A DNA stretch of 57,484 nucleotides from positions 1 through 57,484 of the forward strand of contig DATDGN010000082.1 of the NCBI GenBank assembly GCA_036522095.1, written 5' to 3'. The DNA is from Candidatus Cybelea sp. Its GTDB lineage: Bacteria > Vulcanimicrobiota > Vulcanimicrobiia > Vulcanimicrobiales > Vulcanimicrobiaceae. This document shows, in pieces, positions 10,101 to 19,328 of the stretch (within the stretch, counting starts at the first letter, position 1; the number at the start of each line of letters is the position of its first letter). A model generated the notes under the pieces. The model had not been told where the DNA came from. It did no database searches and saw only the letters and a program-made list of their open reading frames with translations. Position numbers and translations under genes: made by a program.

Positions 10101-13100
10101 GGACACCTGCGCGTTGCGATAGCCGGCTATTTCGCCGATTGAGAGCGCTTCATCCCACATCTTACGCGCGAGCGCCCACGTTGCTTGAGTGAACAGCGTC
10201 GGCGTATGCGTCACTGGCTTTACGGTCAAGCCTTCGTATTCGTTAGGATCGACTGCGTAGGCCGCCCTGCGATGATTGCGAATGACGCGCAGCATCGGCT
10301 CGCGATTCGCTCCGAAGCGGGCGAAAGGACCAAGACGCTGTGCGATTTCAGCCGACGTCCGGTATGCCATCCCTGTCAGAAGCGCGTTAATGGCTCCGCA
10401 CCAGCCGAAGCTCTCCTCCGAGTCGTACGGCAATCCCATCCTCATCAAAAGTGTGCCGAGGTTGGCGTAGCCAAGGCCGAGTGTGCGATAGCCGTGATTC
10501 TTCTCGGCGATGCGCTTAGACGGCATTTGACCCATCGCGACAGAGATTTCGAGTGTCGTGGTCCACATGCGCACGGCATCGGCGAAGCGCCGCGCATCGA
10601 AATTCCCATCGTTATTGAGGAATTTGACCAAGTTGGCGCTAGCTAGGTTGCAAGCTGAATCATCTACGAATACGTACTCTGAACATGGATTAGTGGCGTT
10701 GATGCGCTCGTCGTTGGAACACGTGTGCCACTCCTGAATCGTATCGTCGAACTGTAAGCCCGGATCAGCGCACTGCCAAGCGGCGAGCCCGATCTGCTCC
10801 CACAGATCGCGGGCCTTAATGCGCTTGACGACGTCGCCCGTCGTGCGTGCCGTCAGCAGCCAGTCGTCGTCACGATCGATCGCCTCGAAAAATGCATTGT
10901 CGAGGCGGACGGAGTTATTGGAATTCTGACCCGACACCGTGAGGTACGCCTCCGAATCCCACGACGTGTCGTATTGCTCGACCTCCAGGCGCGTGTAGCC
11001 CTGGCGCGCGTAGTCCAGTGCATTCTGCGCTGCGCCCGAGGGAATGCCGGCGGCGATCGCATCCCGAATGGCGTGACGCAGCGCAGCGTTGAGGGCCGGA
11101 TCCAGGCGCGCATGCTCCGGAACGCGCGTGTCGTGCGCGGCCGCGATTATGGTATTCAGATGCCGCTCGAAAATTCGTGCACCGATGACGAGATCGGCGA
11201 CCTTGCGCTCTTCTCGAACTTTCCAGTTGACGAACTCTTCAATGTCCGGATGGTCGGCGTTGAGGACGACCATCTTGGCCGCGCGGCGCGTCGTTCCGCC
11301 TGACTTTATCGCCCCGGCCGCGCGGTCGAAGACCTTGAGAAACGACATGAGTCCGCTCGAGGTGCCGCCGCCGGTCAGCTTCTCGCCGGCGGCGCGAAGT
11401 TTCGAGAAATTGGCGCCGCTGCCGGAGCCGCCCTTAAAGATGCGTGCCTCGCGAATCACGCCGTCGAAGATGCCGCCCTCGTTGACGAGATCGTCCTCGA
11501 TCCCCAAGATGAAGCAGTTGTGCACGACAACGTTGCGGGTTAAGAACGTGCCGCTCTCCGTTTGGATGTCATAAACCGGCATCGAGCCAACCCGCTCGAT
11601 CGACGTTATGCGGACGAGTCGGTCACGGGGCGACTCCTTTCCGGGACGGAGGAACGTCTCGAGCAAGCGATCGTTCTTCGTTCGGTCGACGAAGCCGATC
11701 TGCTCCGCAAAGCGCTGTCTCGCCTGATGCAGTCCGATGATGATTTTCGTAAACGGTTTACGCGTGTCGTCGTAGGGCCCGTACGTATGTACGGCATGCG
11801 GGATCCCGAGATTACGAAGCATCGCCGATATGTCGTCTGCAAAGAATCGCGACACTGTGCCGAACTCGACTTTGCCCCGCGCCGTCACGCAGCCGTCAGC
11901 TTGGAAAAGGGAGCGCAGATATTCGCACACCGCCTCCCGGCCAAGTCGCATGACGAACTTTGGCACGCGAAGGGAGTCGCTGCGTCGTTGGAGTTCGTAC
12001 TTTTCGACGAACGGCCTGAGTACTTCGCCGTAATAGCGCCTTCGCGTTACCAACACGGCGCCGATGGACGTTTCGTTTGACGACTCGATATATTGGCACG
12101 AGCTTAAGACGAGACCGCTGCTGGCCCGGACGTGCTCGCGTTCCTCGTCTGTAACCGCCATTGCTTCGAGTGTCAGACTGCGGTTCGTGCCGTGGTCGTA
12201 TTGACCGACGAAACCGTCGCCTTGAACCCAACCGGCTAACGACGCCTCCGCAACGTCGGCAAAGGACGCGGAGCGTTTCAAAATGGTCGTTCGCGTCTTT
12301 TCGACGACGCGATCGCCGACAGCGAGCTCGTCAACGCACTTCCAGGCCGAACTCTTCATGCGATCGGCTCGCGTAAGAATCAAGTGTTCGGCGGTGGCTT
12401 CGATGAAGTTGCCGTTTGAAAGATTGACGCGAAACACTGGCTTGACGCCGTTTGCTTTGGTAGCGACCACTCGGGTGACGCCGTGGGCGTCGAAAACGAG
12501 CTGCCCCGTCATCTTGCCGTCCACGATGTCGCCGATTGGAATTGGACCATCCGGCGTTGAGACGAGCGCATGGTACGGGAGGCAAGCGCTCACTTGTGGG
12601 TGCGAGAAGGTGTCCGGCGACGCGGCAGCTGTTCCATCCGCCGGATCGACGAACCAGTGTCCCTGCGGCGGTCCGGAGATACCATACGCCCAGTGCAGCC
12701 CGGTATTGAACCATTGCGGCGAGTTGGGCGCGCCGATCTGGCGGGCCAGCATCGCGCACATCTCGTCGTAATAGGTCTGCGCGTCGGCCTCGGAGTCGAA
12801 GTAACCGTACTTCCAGCCCCAGTAGGTCCAGCAGCCGGCCATCCGATTGAAGACCTGGCGGGCGTCCCGCTCCGCGCCGAACTGGGCGTCGCGCGACATG
12901 GCCTCGAGCGCCGTCCCGTCGGCGACCGAGCGCTGCAGCCACTGGGGCACCCCCGCCTCGGCGACCCGGAGCGTGGCCTTGGGTACGCCGGCCTTGCGGC
13001 AGTACTTCTGGGCGAGCACGTCCACGGCGACCTGGCTCCAGGTCGCCGGTACGAAGACGTCGTTGGCCTCGAAGATGACCGATCCGTCCGGGTTGACGAT

Positions 13101-13175
13101 CCGGGAAGATCGCGGCTCGAAGGCGACTCCGGCGTAGGGTTCGCCCGGGCGCGAATAGGTGCGCGAAAACTTCAT
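7161..13175 (-). CDS. nrdJ: adenosylcobalamin-dependent (class II) ribonucleoside-diphosphate reductase, precursor carrying two inteins
   Basis: ORF 7161..13217. The likely start is ATG 13175 ([16 protein letters not shown]...) with GAGGAG 6 nt upstream. NrdJ hallmarks are present: the [10 protein letters not shown] thiyl-radical loop, [26 protein letters not shown], and a C-terminal [13 protein letters not shown] zinc ribbon. The extein sequence is about 1210 aa by my count after removing both inteins. Confidence 0.93.
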   Translation of the reverse strand: MKFSRTYSRPGEPYAGVAFEPRSSRIVNPDGSVIFEANDVFVPATWSQVAVDVLAQKYCRKAGVPKATLRVAEAGVPQWLQRSVADGTALEAMSRDAQFGAERDARQVFNRMAGCWTYWGWKYGYFDSEADAQTYYDEMCAMLARQIGAPNSPQWFNTGLHWAYGISGPPQGHWFVDPADGTAAASPDTFSHPQVSACLPYHALVSTPDGPIPIGDIVDGKMTGQLVFDAHGVTRVVATKANGVKPVFRVNLSNGNFIEATAEHLILTRADRMKSSAWKCVDELAVGDRVVEKTRTTILKRSASFADVAEASLAGWVQGDGFVGQYDHGTNRSLTLEAMAVTDEEREHVRASSGLVLSSCQYIESSNETSIGAVLVTRRRYYGEVLRPFVEKYELQRRSDSLRVPKFVMRLGREAVCEYLRSLFQADGCVTARGKVEFGTVSRFFADDISAMLRNLGIPHAVHTYGPYDDTRKPFTKIIIGLHQARQRFAEQIGFVDRTKNDRLLETFLRPGKESPRDRLVRITSIERVGSMPVYDIQTESGTFLTRNVVVHNCFILGIEDDLVNEGGIFDGVIREARIFKGGSGSGANFSKLRAAGEKLTGGGTSSGLMSFLKVFDRAAGAIKSGGTTRRAAKMVVLNADHPDIEEFVNWKVREERKVADLVIGARIFERHLNTIIAAAHDTRVPEHARLDPALNAALRHAIRDAIAAGIPSGAAQNALDYARQGYTRLEVEQYDTSWDSEAYLTVSGQNSNNSVRLDNAFFEAIDRDDDWLLTARTTGDVVKRIKARDLWEQIGLAAWQCADPGLQFDDTIQEWHTCSNDERINATNPCSEYVFVDDSACNLASANLVKFLNNDGNFDARRFADAVRMWTTTLEISVAMGQMPSKRIAEKNHGYRTLGLGYANLGTLLMRMGLPYDSEESFGWCGAINALLTGMAYRTSAEIAQRLGPFARFGANREPMLRVIRNHRRAAYAVDPNEYEGLTVKPVTHTPTLFTQATWALARKMWDEALSIGEIAGYRNAQVSVTAPTGTIGLVMDCDTTGIEPDFALVKFKKLAGGGYFKIVNQSVDAALHKLGYSQEQIDAIETYAKGTGTLAEAPHINRATLKAKRFDDDAIARIEVALPTAFELPFVFNKFVLGEDFCKEKLGLTEGQLNDWSFSILRDGLGFTPRQIEEASAHICGRMTVEGAPDLKDEHLAVFDCATPCGKYGTRYIRPLAHVDMMAAAQPWVSGAISKCVVGDTLLTTQNGLARISSLHRGEMEDTFRSHEMRVASLNGLQTTDAFYYGGKRAVRELRLRSGHRIIGTPNHRVLTCSDAGLVWRYLAEIQPGEHVAVKYGDDMWSQEPARLTDFQPSPPYGSQKTLKVPTEMNADLAFFLGAYAAEGHTSRSTYTVSLANSIEVVLQRVLDSARSVFGLEGKIVRQPEKCPNVVFASKTLVEFLEYLGCGSRAREKRIPDHVLRSTREHVLAFLNGLSLDAYVTTTGMRKWAICLDSALLLDDLQAVLTNFGVVHSRIEKFNKDYDKSYGEVYAGGREAQKLLALIQFPEPVKLARSWSLLTKSFAQSTADVIPGIKGRALYEMIPRASGGKAAVRTRIRSNHGKLLDTRTRHVSWETVRKLGEQIELPAWLDAIVGGNLHFSPVDSVSDAGTHEVYDISVPVTHAFIGNGIVNHNTINLPQTATIDDVKEAYRYSWERMIKAVALYRDGSKLSQPLAASYDFGGDAGEEESAAATAPQPFVQPLQIAEKIVYRYIAKRRPMPQRRSGYTQKATISGHKVYLRTGEYEGGQLGEIFIDMHKEGAAFRSLMNNFAIAISLGLQHGVPLEEFVEAFTFTRFEPNGPVIGHDHIKMATSILDYIFRELAVSYLGRYDLAHVQPSMQMDAMGPEAQEEYVAEEEGDVRVRPAGVAERLHPVSTHLHPGQETPPPQAMASAAAVTEPVSPPVSHAGNGTATATLVRTQAINASKAKGYTGNACSECGQLTMVRNGACEKCDSCGATSGCS
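8151..9464 (-). mobile_element. intein 2 in NrdJ with LAGLIDADG-type endonuclease domain (438 aa by my count)
   Basis: It interrupts the conserved ...GAISK|TINLPQT... The intein starts with Cys (CVVGDTLL, codon 9462-9464) and has TxxH (GTPNHRVL). LAGLIDADG-like motifs are present ([10 protein letters not shown], and [12 protein letters not shown], which is more degenerate). It ends GIVNHN (Asn codon 8151-8153) with +1 Thr. The DNA is visibly less GC-rich than the flanking extein. Confidence 0.9.
11517..12584 (-). mobile_element. intein 1 in NrdJ with LAGLIDADG homing endonuclease (356 aa by my count)
   Basis: It interrupts the conserved ...HPQVSA|CFILGIEDD... The intein starts with Cys (CLPYHALV, codon 12582-12584) and has TxxH block B (ATAEHLIL). 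Two LAGLIDADG motifs are present ([20 protein letters not shown]). It ends VVVHN (Asn codon 11517-11519) and is followed by the +1 Cys. Confidence 0.9.
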
Positions 13176-13193
13176 AGGGAGCTCCTCAACTAT

Positions 13194-13211
13194 ATCGAAC
13201 AAGCGTTCGAT
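13194..13211 (-). promoter_or_regulatory. perfect 7-bp hairpin in the nrdJ 5' leader
   Basis: ATCGAAC-AAGC-GTTCGAT lies just upstream of the GAGGAG ribosome binding site. Its function is unknown (mRNA stabiliser or operator). Confidence 0.3.
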
Positions 13212-13237
13212 TTTCAATGGCCGGCGGCAACGGGTCG

Positions 13238-13253
13238 GGACACCTATAGTGCC
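13238..13253 (-). promoter_or_regulatory. NrdR box (proximal, degenerate)
   Basis: In GACACCTATAGTGC the right half TATAGTGc fits TaTwGtgt, and the left half ACAC-CTA looks one base short. The centre is about 32 bp from the distal box centre, which is the usual tandem NrdR spacing. Confidence 0.45.
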
Positions 13254-13267
13254 GTCTCCAGCACTTT

Positions 13268-13285
13268 ACCACAAGATATTGTGGT
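13268..13285 (-). promoter_or_regulatory. NrdR box (distal) upstream of nrdJ
   Basis: ACCACAAGATATTGTGGT is a near-perfect palindrome. Its core matches the NrdR consensus acaCwAtATaTwGtgt at 13 of 16 positions. It lies about 95-110 nt upstream of the nrdJ ATG. Confidence 0.7.
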
Positions 13286-13411
13286 CCCTCTCGGAATCCT
13301 TGTGGGGATTCTGTGGGTAGCCGAGCCATATCGGTGGATGGCGAGCTAGCGAGTGGAGGGCGTGTGGAAAGCCCCGAGGATACCGGGGATAAACGGCGCA
13401 AGCCAAGCGCA

Positions 13412-13894
13412 ATGTTCGGCCCGGACCGGTTCGCCCCACGACTCTACGACGTTCCCCATGAGGAGCTCGAGGCGGCCGGGATCCGCGGGTTGATCGTCGA
13501 CCTCGACAACACCCTGTTGGGCTTCCGGGAAACGGAATTGGCGGAGGAGCACCTTTCGTGGGTCTCGCGCGCTCACGACCGAGGCTTTCGCATCGTGATG
13601 CTCTCGAACAATTTCTCCGACCGCGTGAACGCCCTCGCCGCGCAGTTGAACGTCGCATGCATTCCCAACGCGCTGAAGCCTCTGCCGTTCGGGTTTCTGC
13701 GCGCCAAGCAGTGCCTGGGAATGCGCCGGCGCGAGATCGCCGTCGTGGGCGATCAGCTCTTCACCGACGTTCTGGGCGGTAAGCTCTGCGGGCTCTACAC
13801 GATCCTCACGGAACCGATCGAGGCCAAGGACTTTGCCGTAACGCGCGTCTTCCGGTTTTTCGAGCGGCTGATGCTGCGGGAGCGGCGCGGATGA
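13412..13894 (+). CDS. yqeG: YqeG-family HAD-IIIA phosphatase
   Basis: The strings GLIVDLDNTLL, MLSNN and VGDQLFTDVLGG are HAD motifs of the YqeG type. ATG 13412 is chosen within ORF 13313..13894. The stop overlaps the aroE start (ATGA). Confidence 0.75.
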   Translation: MFGPDRFAPRLYDVPHEELEAAGIRGLIVDLDNTLLGFRETELAEEHLSWVSRAHDRGFRIVMLSNNFSDRVNALAAQLNVACIPNALKPLPFGFLRAKQCLGMRRREIAVVGDQLFTDVLGGKLCGLYTILTEPIEAKDFAVTRVFRFFERLMLRERRG

Positions 13895-14625
13895 AGCTCG
13901 CCCTGATCGGCGACCCCGTCGAGCACAGCGCGAGCCCGCGGCTGCATCGCGGTTTCCTCGACGGGGCCGAGATTGACGGAAGCTACGTCGCGATTCGGGT
14001 GGCGCGGGGTGGCGGCGCGACGGCGATCCGGCGCCTGATGGCCGACGGCTTCGTCGGCTGCAACGTCACCTATCCGCTCAAGCAAGAGGCGGTGCGCGCC
14101 TGCGACACCCTAACCGACGAGGCGCAGCGCGCCGAGGCCGTCAACACGATCTTCTTCGGTCGTGAGGCGTTCGGGACGAACACCGACGGCATCGGCGCGC
14201 GCACGGCGATCGAGGCGCTGCTGGACGAACCCGTCGCGCTCAAACGCATCGGCATCCTCGGGTACGGCGCCACCGCGCGCGCCATCCTCGCCGAACTGCA
14301 CGATAACGACGCCTACACGTTCGTGTGGGGGCGCGACACCCGCCGCCGCGACGCGACCTGCCGGCGCTTCGAGGCGAAACCGTGGCCGAGCGCCAATCCG
14401 CCGGAGATCGTGCTCAGCACGCTTCCGCCCGACGTTGCGTTGCCGGACGCTCTGGTCGTGCAGCTGCGCGCCGCCGACCTCGTGATCGACGCGAACTACG
14501 GGCCGCGGGCGAAGCTCGCCGAGCACCTGCGCCGCGACGTCGTCTCGGGCGATGCGATGCTGGAGGCCCAGGCGCGGGCCAGCTTCGATTTCTGGCTCGC
14601 GCATCTCGATCGCGTCAGTGGCTAA
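13891..14625 (+). CDS. aroE: shikimate dehydrogenase
   Basis: MKLALIGDPVEHSASPRLH..., NVTYPLK and NTDGIG are AroE signatures. There is a 4-nt overlap with yqeG. Confidence 0.85.
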   Translation: MKLALIGDPVEHSASPRLHRGFLDGAEIDGSYVAIRVARGGGATAIRRLMADGFVGCNVTYPLKQEAVRACDTLTDEAQRAEAVNTIFFGREAFGTNTDGIGARTAIEALLDEPVALKRIGILGYGATARAILAELHDNDAYTFVWGRDTRRRDATCRRFEAKPWPSANPPEIVLSTLPPDVALPDALVVQLRAADLVIDANYGPRAKLAEHLRRDVVSGDAMLEAQARASFDFWLAHLDRVSG

Positions 14626-14638
14626 GCGCGCACTATCT

Positions 14639-14729
14639 GGAGAGGTGGCAGAGTGGTCGAATGCACTCGCTTGGAAAGCGAGCAGAGGTGATGAGCCTCT
14701 CGAGGGTTCGAATCCCTCCCTCTCCGCCA
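14639..14729 (+). tRNA. tRNA-Ser (anticodon GGA)
   Basis: Manual cloverleaf. Acceptor GGAGAGG/CCTCTCC. Anticodon stem CTCGC/GCGAG with loop TTGGAAA. Long variable arm CAGAGGTGATGAGCCTCTC. T arm GAGGG-TTCGAAT-CCCTC. Discriminator G with an encoded CCA. Confidence 0.93.
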
Positions 14730-14737
14730 CGCCGCGC

Positions 14738-15328
14738 GTGCTGCACGTCGCGCTGATCCGCCACGGACCGACGGAGTGGAACGAGTCGGGCCGCTTCCAG
14801 GGAAGCACGGATCTCCCACTGTCCGATCGCGGCCGTGCGCACGCGCGCGCCGTCGCGCGCGCTCTGGTCGGCGACGGCGTCCGCAGGGTCTACTCGAGCG
14901 ATCTGCAGCGCGCGCGAGAGACGGCGCAGGCTATTGCGGACGCTAACGGCGTGGCGCGGGTCGAGGACGCGCGCCTGCGCGAGTTCGATTTCGGGCGCTG
15001 GGAGGGGCTGACGTGGGACGAGATCGTCGCGCAGGATCCCGAGCTCGCGCGTCGTCCGCGCAGCGCCGCACGTTATTATCGGCCGGCAGGCGGTGAGTCG
15101 TTCGAGAGCGTCCGGCGGCGCGTGCGAGCGTTTCTGGACGATTTGATCGCGAAGGGCGAATCGCCGGTGGCGGTCGTGACGCACGCGGGAGCATTGCACG
15201 CGTTTTGTGCGGAGCTGCAGTTGGAGACCACGCGGTTCTCGCCTGGTGGGATCAGCCGCGTTGCGATCGCCGGCGACAAGGCGCGGCTCGTGAGCCTCGA
15301 CGATGTGGCGCACCTCGATTCCGATTGA
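14738..15328 (+). CDS. histidine phosphatase family protein (phosphoglycerate mutase / CobC-like)
   Basis: The GTG at 14738 gives VLHVALIRHGPTEWNESGRFQG (RHG motif), with a later VTHAG. The earlier part of ORF 14552..15328 overlaps aroE and tRNA-Ser and is discarded. Confidence 0.8.
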   Translation: MLHVALIRHGPTEWNESGRFQGSTDLPLSDRGRAHARAVARALVGDGVRRVYSSDLQRARETAQAIADANGVARVEDARLREFDFGRWEGLTWDEIVAQDPELARRPRSAARYYRPAGGESFESVRRRVRAFLDDLIAKGESPVAVVTHAGALHAFCAELQLETTRFSPGGISRVAIAGDKARLVSLDDVAHLDSD

Positions 15329-15944
15329 GCGCGGCGCGGTGGCGCTGGTGCTGGTCGCCGCGCTCGCGGGCGCGGCCCCCGACGCGCAGACGCGCGCGGG
15401 CTTCGCCGGCCATTTCAACGTGCCGCGCGCGCGTCCGAGTCCCGCTCCAAGCGCGAGCGCCGACGCCGTGAGTGACGGCGGCTTCGAGTCCGGAAACGTC
15501 GACGGCGCCTGGTTCCAGTGCGGCGATGTGCCCGCGTACGTCACGCGCGAGCATCCGCATTCCGGCACCTACGACGAATACTCGGGAACGATAGACGGCG
15601 CGAGCGAGCCGCTTGGCAACTCGGGGTTCTGTCAGTCGATTGCGATCCCGCCGGGCGGCGTGTTGACGGCGTATCTGTACCAGCTCTCGAACGAGGCGAA
15701 TACCAGCTTCGCGTATCAGGAGGCGGATCTGCTCGACGATCGCGGCAACGTTGTGGTCAATCTGTACAAGACGGCCAACTATAAGCCGGCGTGGGTGCGC
15801 GGCACCTGGAACCTCGATGCGTATGCCGGGCATACATACTGGCTCTACTTCGGCGTGCACGGCGACGGTTATGCAAAGCTGGTTACGGAGCAGTTCGTGG
15901 ACGACGTGATGTTGACAGGCAGCCCTTCGCCGAAGGGCGAATAG
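15303..15944 (+). CDS. secreted protein with CBM4/9-like (galactose-binding-like) domain
   Basis: It has a signal-like N-terminus and a DGGFESGNVDGAW... opening typical of CBM-like jelly-roll modules. The start is uncertain, since it overlaps the preceding gene by 26 nt. Confidence 0.55.
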   Translation: MWRTSIPIERGAVALVLVAALAGAAPDAQTRAGFAGHFNVPRARPSPAPSASADAVSDGGFESGNVDGAWFQCGDVPAYVTREHPHSGTYDEYSGTIDGASEPLGNSGFCQSIAIPPGGVLTAYLYQLSNEANTSFAYQEADLLDDRGNVVVNLYKTANYKPAWVRGTWNLDAYAGHTYWLYFGVHGDGYAKLVTEQFVDDVMLTGSPSPKGE

Positions 15945-15951
15945 ACATAAA

Positions 15952-16194
15952 ATGGAGTTCCCGAGTCCGGCGCCGGAACCAGAACGCAGCGAAGAGCGGC
16001 GCATGGCGCGCACGCTTTTTTGGATCGGCTTCGGCGTCGGCGTGGCCGTCCTCGGCACGGCCCTCGCGTATACGGCGATCCGGATCGCCTCCGCAGGCCA
16101 CCGCGAGGATCCGACGACCCAACGCATTCAGGAATTGATCGACGAAGCCAACTCCCTGCTCAAGGCGCTCGACGAGCAGCGACACAGCGCTTAA
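15952..16194 (+). CDS. small single-pass membrane protein, unknown function
   Basis: 80-aa ORF with one TM helix (LFWIGFGVGVAVLGTALAYTAI) and a helical tail. The alternative start M18 is possible, and the RBS is weak. Confidence 0.4.
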   Translation: MEFPSPAPEPERSEERRMARTLFWIGFGVGVAVLGTALAYTAIRIASAGHREDPTTQRIQELIDEANSLLKALDEQRHSA

Positions 16195-16285
16195 GCGCCC
16201 AACGGCGCTTCGCGCGAGCGCCGAACTCGAGCTTCTCTTCACGGATCTGCTGAGCAATGGGCAAGGTGTCGCTCGCGCAGGCGAG

Positions 16286-17557
16286 ATGGCCGTCTTTTGC
16301 TTCGGCCCGCTACCGCAGGAGCGCGCGCGCGTTCGCATCACGGAGGTGAAGCGGCGCTACGCGGTCGGGAAGATGATCGAGCGGCTCTCCGATTCGCCCG
16401 ATCGCGCCGAGCCGTTCTGCCGCGTCTTCGGGGACTGCGGCGGCTGTCAGGTTCAGCACCTGGCCTATCCCGCTCAGCTCGCATGGAAACGCGAGGTCGT
16501 GCGCAACGCGCTCGCGCGCATCGGCGGATTGAGCGGCGCCGTCGGCGAGACGATCGGGATGACCGATCCGCGCGCCTATCGCAACAAGATGGCGCTCGTC
16601 GTGGACCACACGTCCGCGCGGGCGCAGCTCGGCTTTTACCGTCAGCGCTCGCACGACGTCGTGCCGATCGACACCTGTCCCGTCGTCACGCCGCAGCTCG
16701 ACGCCACACTGCGCCGGATCGAGGCGCTGCGCGCAAGCGGTCCGGTGAAGGGCATGCTCGCCGACGCGCGGCACATCGTCGCGCGCAGCGCCCGCGCCAC
16801 GGGTCAGGTAGTCGTGAGCGTCACGACCGAGCGGCAGTCCGGCGGGGCGGCGCAGGCCGCGGAACTCCTTATGGAAGATACGCCGTCGATCGTGGGGGTG
16901 ACCAACTCCTTCGACCTGAGCAGCGCCAACGCGATCGCAGGCCGGAAGCATCGGCTGCTGCGCGGCACGCGGGAGATCGAAGAGGAGATCGGCGGGGTGC
17001 ATTTCCGGGTGTCGGCCGGCTCGTTCTTCCAGATCAACGCCGAGATGGTCGGTCGCATCTTCGATTTCTTGGCGCAGCGGCTCGGCGAACCGGGCGCGCT
17101 CGTCGATCTTTATTGTGGGATCGGCACGTTCGCCTTGTTCTTCGCGAAGCGCGGCTGGAACGTCGTCGGCGTCGAGGAGAACGAGCGGGCCGTCGCCGAG
17201 GCCGTGGCCAACGCACGTCGCAACGGGCTGGAATCGCGCGCGGCCTTCGTCGCCGCCCGGGTTGAGGGCGCGCTGGGGACGCCGCCGCTGCGATCGGCGC
17301 TGCGCAACGCGCCGACCGTGTTCTTGGATCCGCCGCGCAAGGGCTGCGACGAGGCAACGCTCGCGGCGATCGCGCGAGCGCGGGTGCCCGCGCTATGGTA
17401 TCTTTCTTGCGACGCTCCGACGCTCGCACGGGATTTGAAGTTCCTGGCAGCCAAGGGCTACCGCCTCGAAATCGTGCAACCATTCGACATGTTCCCGCAG
17501 ACCGGCCACGTCGAGACGCTGGTCCGCCTGGAGTACTCCGACCTTGTCAGCCGATAG
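16286..17557 (+). CDS. rlmD: 23S rRNA (uracil-5-)-methyltransferase RlmD/RumA family; the true start is probably upstream of the first ATG
   Basis: It has a TRAM domain, the Fe-S Cys cluster CRVFGDCGGCQVQH, the SAM motif LVDLYCGIGTF, and LDPPRKG and YLSCD motifs. TRAM homology continues upstream of 16286 (see finding). Confidence 0.85.
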   Translation: MAVFCFGPLPQERARVRITEVKRRYAVGKMIERLSDSPDRAEPFCRVFGDCGGCQVQHLAYPAQLAWKREVVRNALARIGGLSGAVGETIGMTDPRAYRNKMALVVDHTSARAQLGFYRQRSHDVVPIDTCPVVTPQLDATLRRIEALRASGPVKGMLADARHIVARSARATGQVVVSVTTERQSGGAAQAAELLMEDTPSIVGVTNSFDLSSANAIAGRKHRLLRGTREIEEEIGGVHFRVSAGSFFQINAEMVGRIFDFLAQRLGEPGALVDLYCGIGTFALFFAKRGWNVVGVEENERAVAEAVANARRNGLESRAAFVAARVEGALGTPPLRSALRNAPTVFLDPPRKGCDEATLAAIARARVPALWYLSCDAPTLARDLKFLAAKGYRLEIVQPFDMFPQTGHVETLVRLEYSDLVSR

Positions 17558-17834
17558 CATCGACATTCGCTACGTCGCCGAGCTCGCGCGCATCGCTCTG
17601 ACCGATGAGGAGGTCGAGCGCTTCGGAAAGCAGCTCGGGGACCTTCTGGGCCACGCCAACGCACTTGGCGAGCTCGACGTCTCGAACGTCGCCGCGACCG
17701 CGCAGGTCGTGGAGTCGCGCAACGTGACGCGCGACGACGTCCCGCGGCCCTGCCTGGACCGCGAGCGCGTCCTGGCCGAAGCACCGCAGCGGCAGGGCCC
17801 ATTCTTCCGCGTTCCGCGGATCCTCGCTGAGTAG
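17544..17834 (+). CDS. gatC: Asp/Glu-tRNA amidotransferase subunit C
   Basis: 96 aa with a TTG start. IRYVAELARIALTDEEVERFGKQL is typical of GatC. It precedes gatA and gatB. Confidence 0.88.
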   Translation: MSADSIDIRYVAELARIALTDEEVERFGKQLGDLLGHANALGELDVSNVAATAQVVESRNVTRDDVPRPCLDRERVLAEAPQRQGPFFRVPRILAE

Positions 17835-17840
17835 AACGGC

Positions 17841-19328
17841 ATGGCAAACGAGCTGATCGAACGCAGCGGCGCGGAGATCGCGGCCGACGTGCGCTCCGGC
17901 AGGTTCAGCGCGGTCGAGGTCGCGGAAGCGACGCTCGCCCGCGTGCGCGACGTCGACGGGCTCTTCGGTAGCTATTTGACGGTCTTGAACGACCTGGCGC
18001 TCGCGCAGGCCACGAGCGTCGATGAGCGCGTCCGCCGCGGCGAACGGCTTCCGCTCGCGGGCGTGCCGATCGCCGTGAAAGACAACATGTGTCTCGACGG
18101 GACGCGCACGACGGCCGGCAGCAAGATCCTCGAGCACTGGATCGCGCCGTATACGGCGACGGCCGTCGCGCGCATGCTCGCCGCCGGCGCCGTCCCGATC
18201 GGAAAGGCGAACTGCGACGAGTTCGCGATGGGCAGCTCGTGCGAGAACTCGGCGCTCGGCGTCACGCGCAATCCCTACGATCCGTCGCGCGTTCCCGGCG
18301 GCTCCAGCGGCGGCTCGGCGGCCGCCGTCGCGGCGTACGAGGCCGCAATCGGCCTGGGCAGCGACACCGGCGGATCGATCCGCGAGCCCGGCGCGTTCTG
18401 CAACCTGATCGGATTCAAGCCGACGTACGGCCGCGTCTCGCGCTACGGCCTGATCGCGTTCGCCTCCAGTCTCGATCAGATCGGACCGCTGTCGCGCACG
18501 GTCGAAGACGCGGCGCTCGCCTACGATGCGATGGCCGGCTTCGACCCGATGGACGCCACTTCGATCGATAGTCCGGTCGAGACGACGGCGGACGCGCTGC
18601 GCGGCGACCTGCGCGGCCTGCGCATCGGCATCGTCAAGGAGTTCGATACGGCGGCGCTGGGCGACGGCATGCACGCGCTCTATCGCGCCGCGTATCGCGA
18701 CCTCGAAGGTCTCGGAGCGCAGCTGGTCGAGGTGTCGCTGCCGACGGCGGACTACGGGGTCGCGACGTACTATTTGATCGCGCCGGCCGAGTGTTCGTCG
18801 AACCTGGCGCGCTTCGACGGCGTACGCTACGGGCTGCGCGTCGACGGCGACGACGTGCGCGAGATGTACGACCGGACCCGCGCGGCCGGATTCGGACCCG
18901 AGGTGAAGCGCCGGATCCTGATCGGGACGTACGCGCTCTCGAGCGGCTACTACGACGCGTACTACGTGCGGGCGCAGAAGGTGCGCACGCTGATCGCGCG
19001 CGACTTCGCGCGCGCCTTCACGGCGTGCGATTTGATCGCGTGCCCGGCGACCAGCTGCCCCGCGTTCGAGTTCAGCGCGAAAAGCGACCCGTACAGCATG
19101 TATCTCATGGACTACTACACGATTCCGATGGCGCTCGCCGGATTGCCGGCGCTGTCGGTTCCGTGCGGATGGGCGACTCCGGCGGACGGAAGTATCCCGA
19201 TGCCGATCGGGCTGCAGCTCTCGGCTCCGCTGTTTTCCGAACGGTTGCTGCTCGGCGCGGCTCACGCGTACGAGCAGGCGACGCAGCACGCGCGGGCGCG
19301 CAAGCCGGCGTCGGGGGTGAGCGCGTGA
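17841..19328 (+). CDS. gatA: Asp/Glu-tRNA amidotransferase subunit A
   Basis: It carries the amidase signature GGSSGGSAAAVAA and KDNM. Confidence 0.93.
   Translation: MANELIERSGAEIAADVRSGRFSAVEVAEATLARVRDVDGLFGSYLTVLNDLALAQATSVDERVRRGERLPLAGVPIAVKDNMCLDGTRTTAGSKILEHWIAPYTATAVARMLAAGAVPIGKANCDEFAMGSSCENSALGVTRNPYDPSRVPGGSSGGSAAAVAAYEAAIGLGSDTGGSIREPGAFCNLIGFKPTYGRVSRYGLIAFASSLDQIGPLSRTVEDAALAYDAMAGFDPMDATSIDSPVETTADALRGDLRGLRIGIVKEFDTAALGDGMHALYRAAYRDLEGLGAQLVEVSLPTADYGVATYYLIAPAECSSNLARFDGVRYGLRVDGDDVREMYDRTRAAGFGPEVKRRILIGTYALSSGYYDAYYVRAQKVRTLIARDFARAFTACDLIACPATSCPAFEFSAKSDPYSMYLMDYYTIPMALAGLPALSVPCGWATPADGSIPMPIGLQLSAPLFSERLLLGAAHAYEQATQHARARKPASGVSA

Noticed and set aside
13176-13411. 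Possible cobalamin riboswitch in the nrdJ leader, since the enzyme is B12-dependent.
   Set aside because: The leader between the putative promoter/NrdR boxes and the ATG is only about 60-100 nt. I see no B12-box-like conserved core. B12 riboswitches normally control B12-independent isozymes or transport rather than nrdJ.
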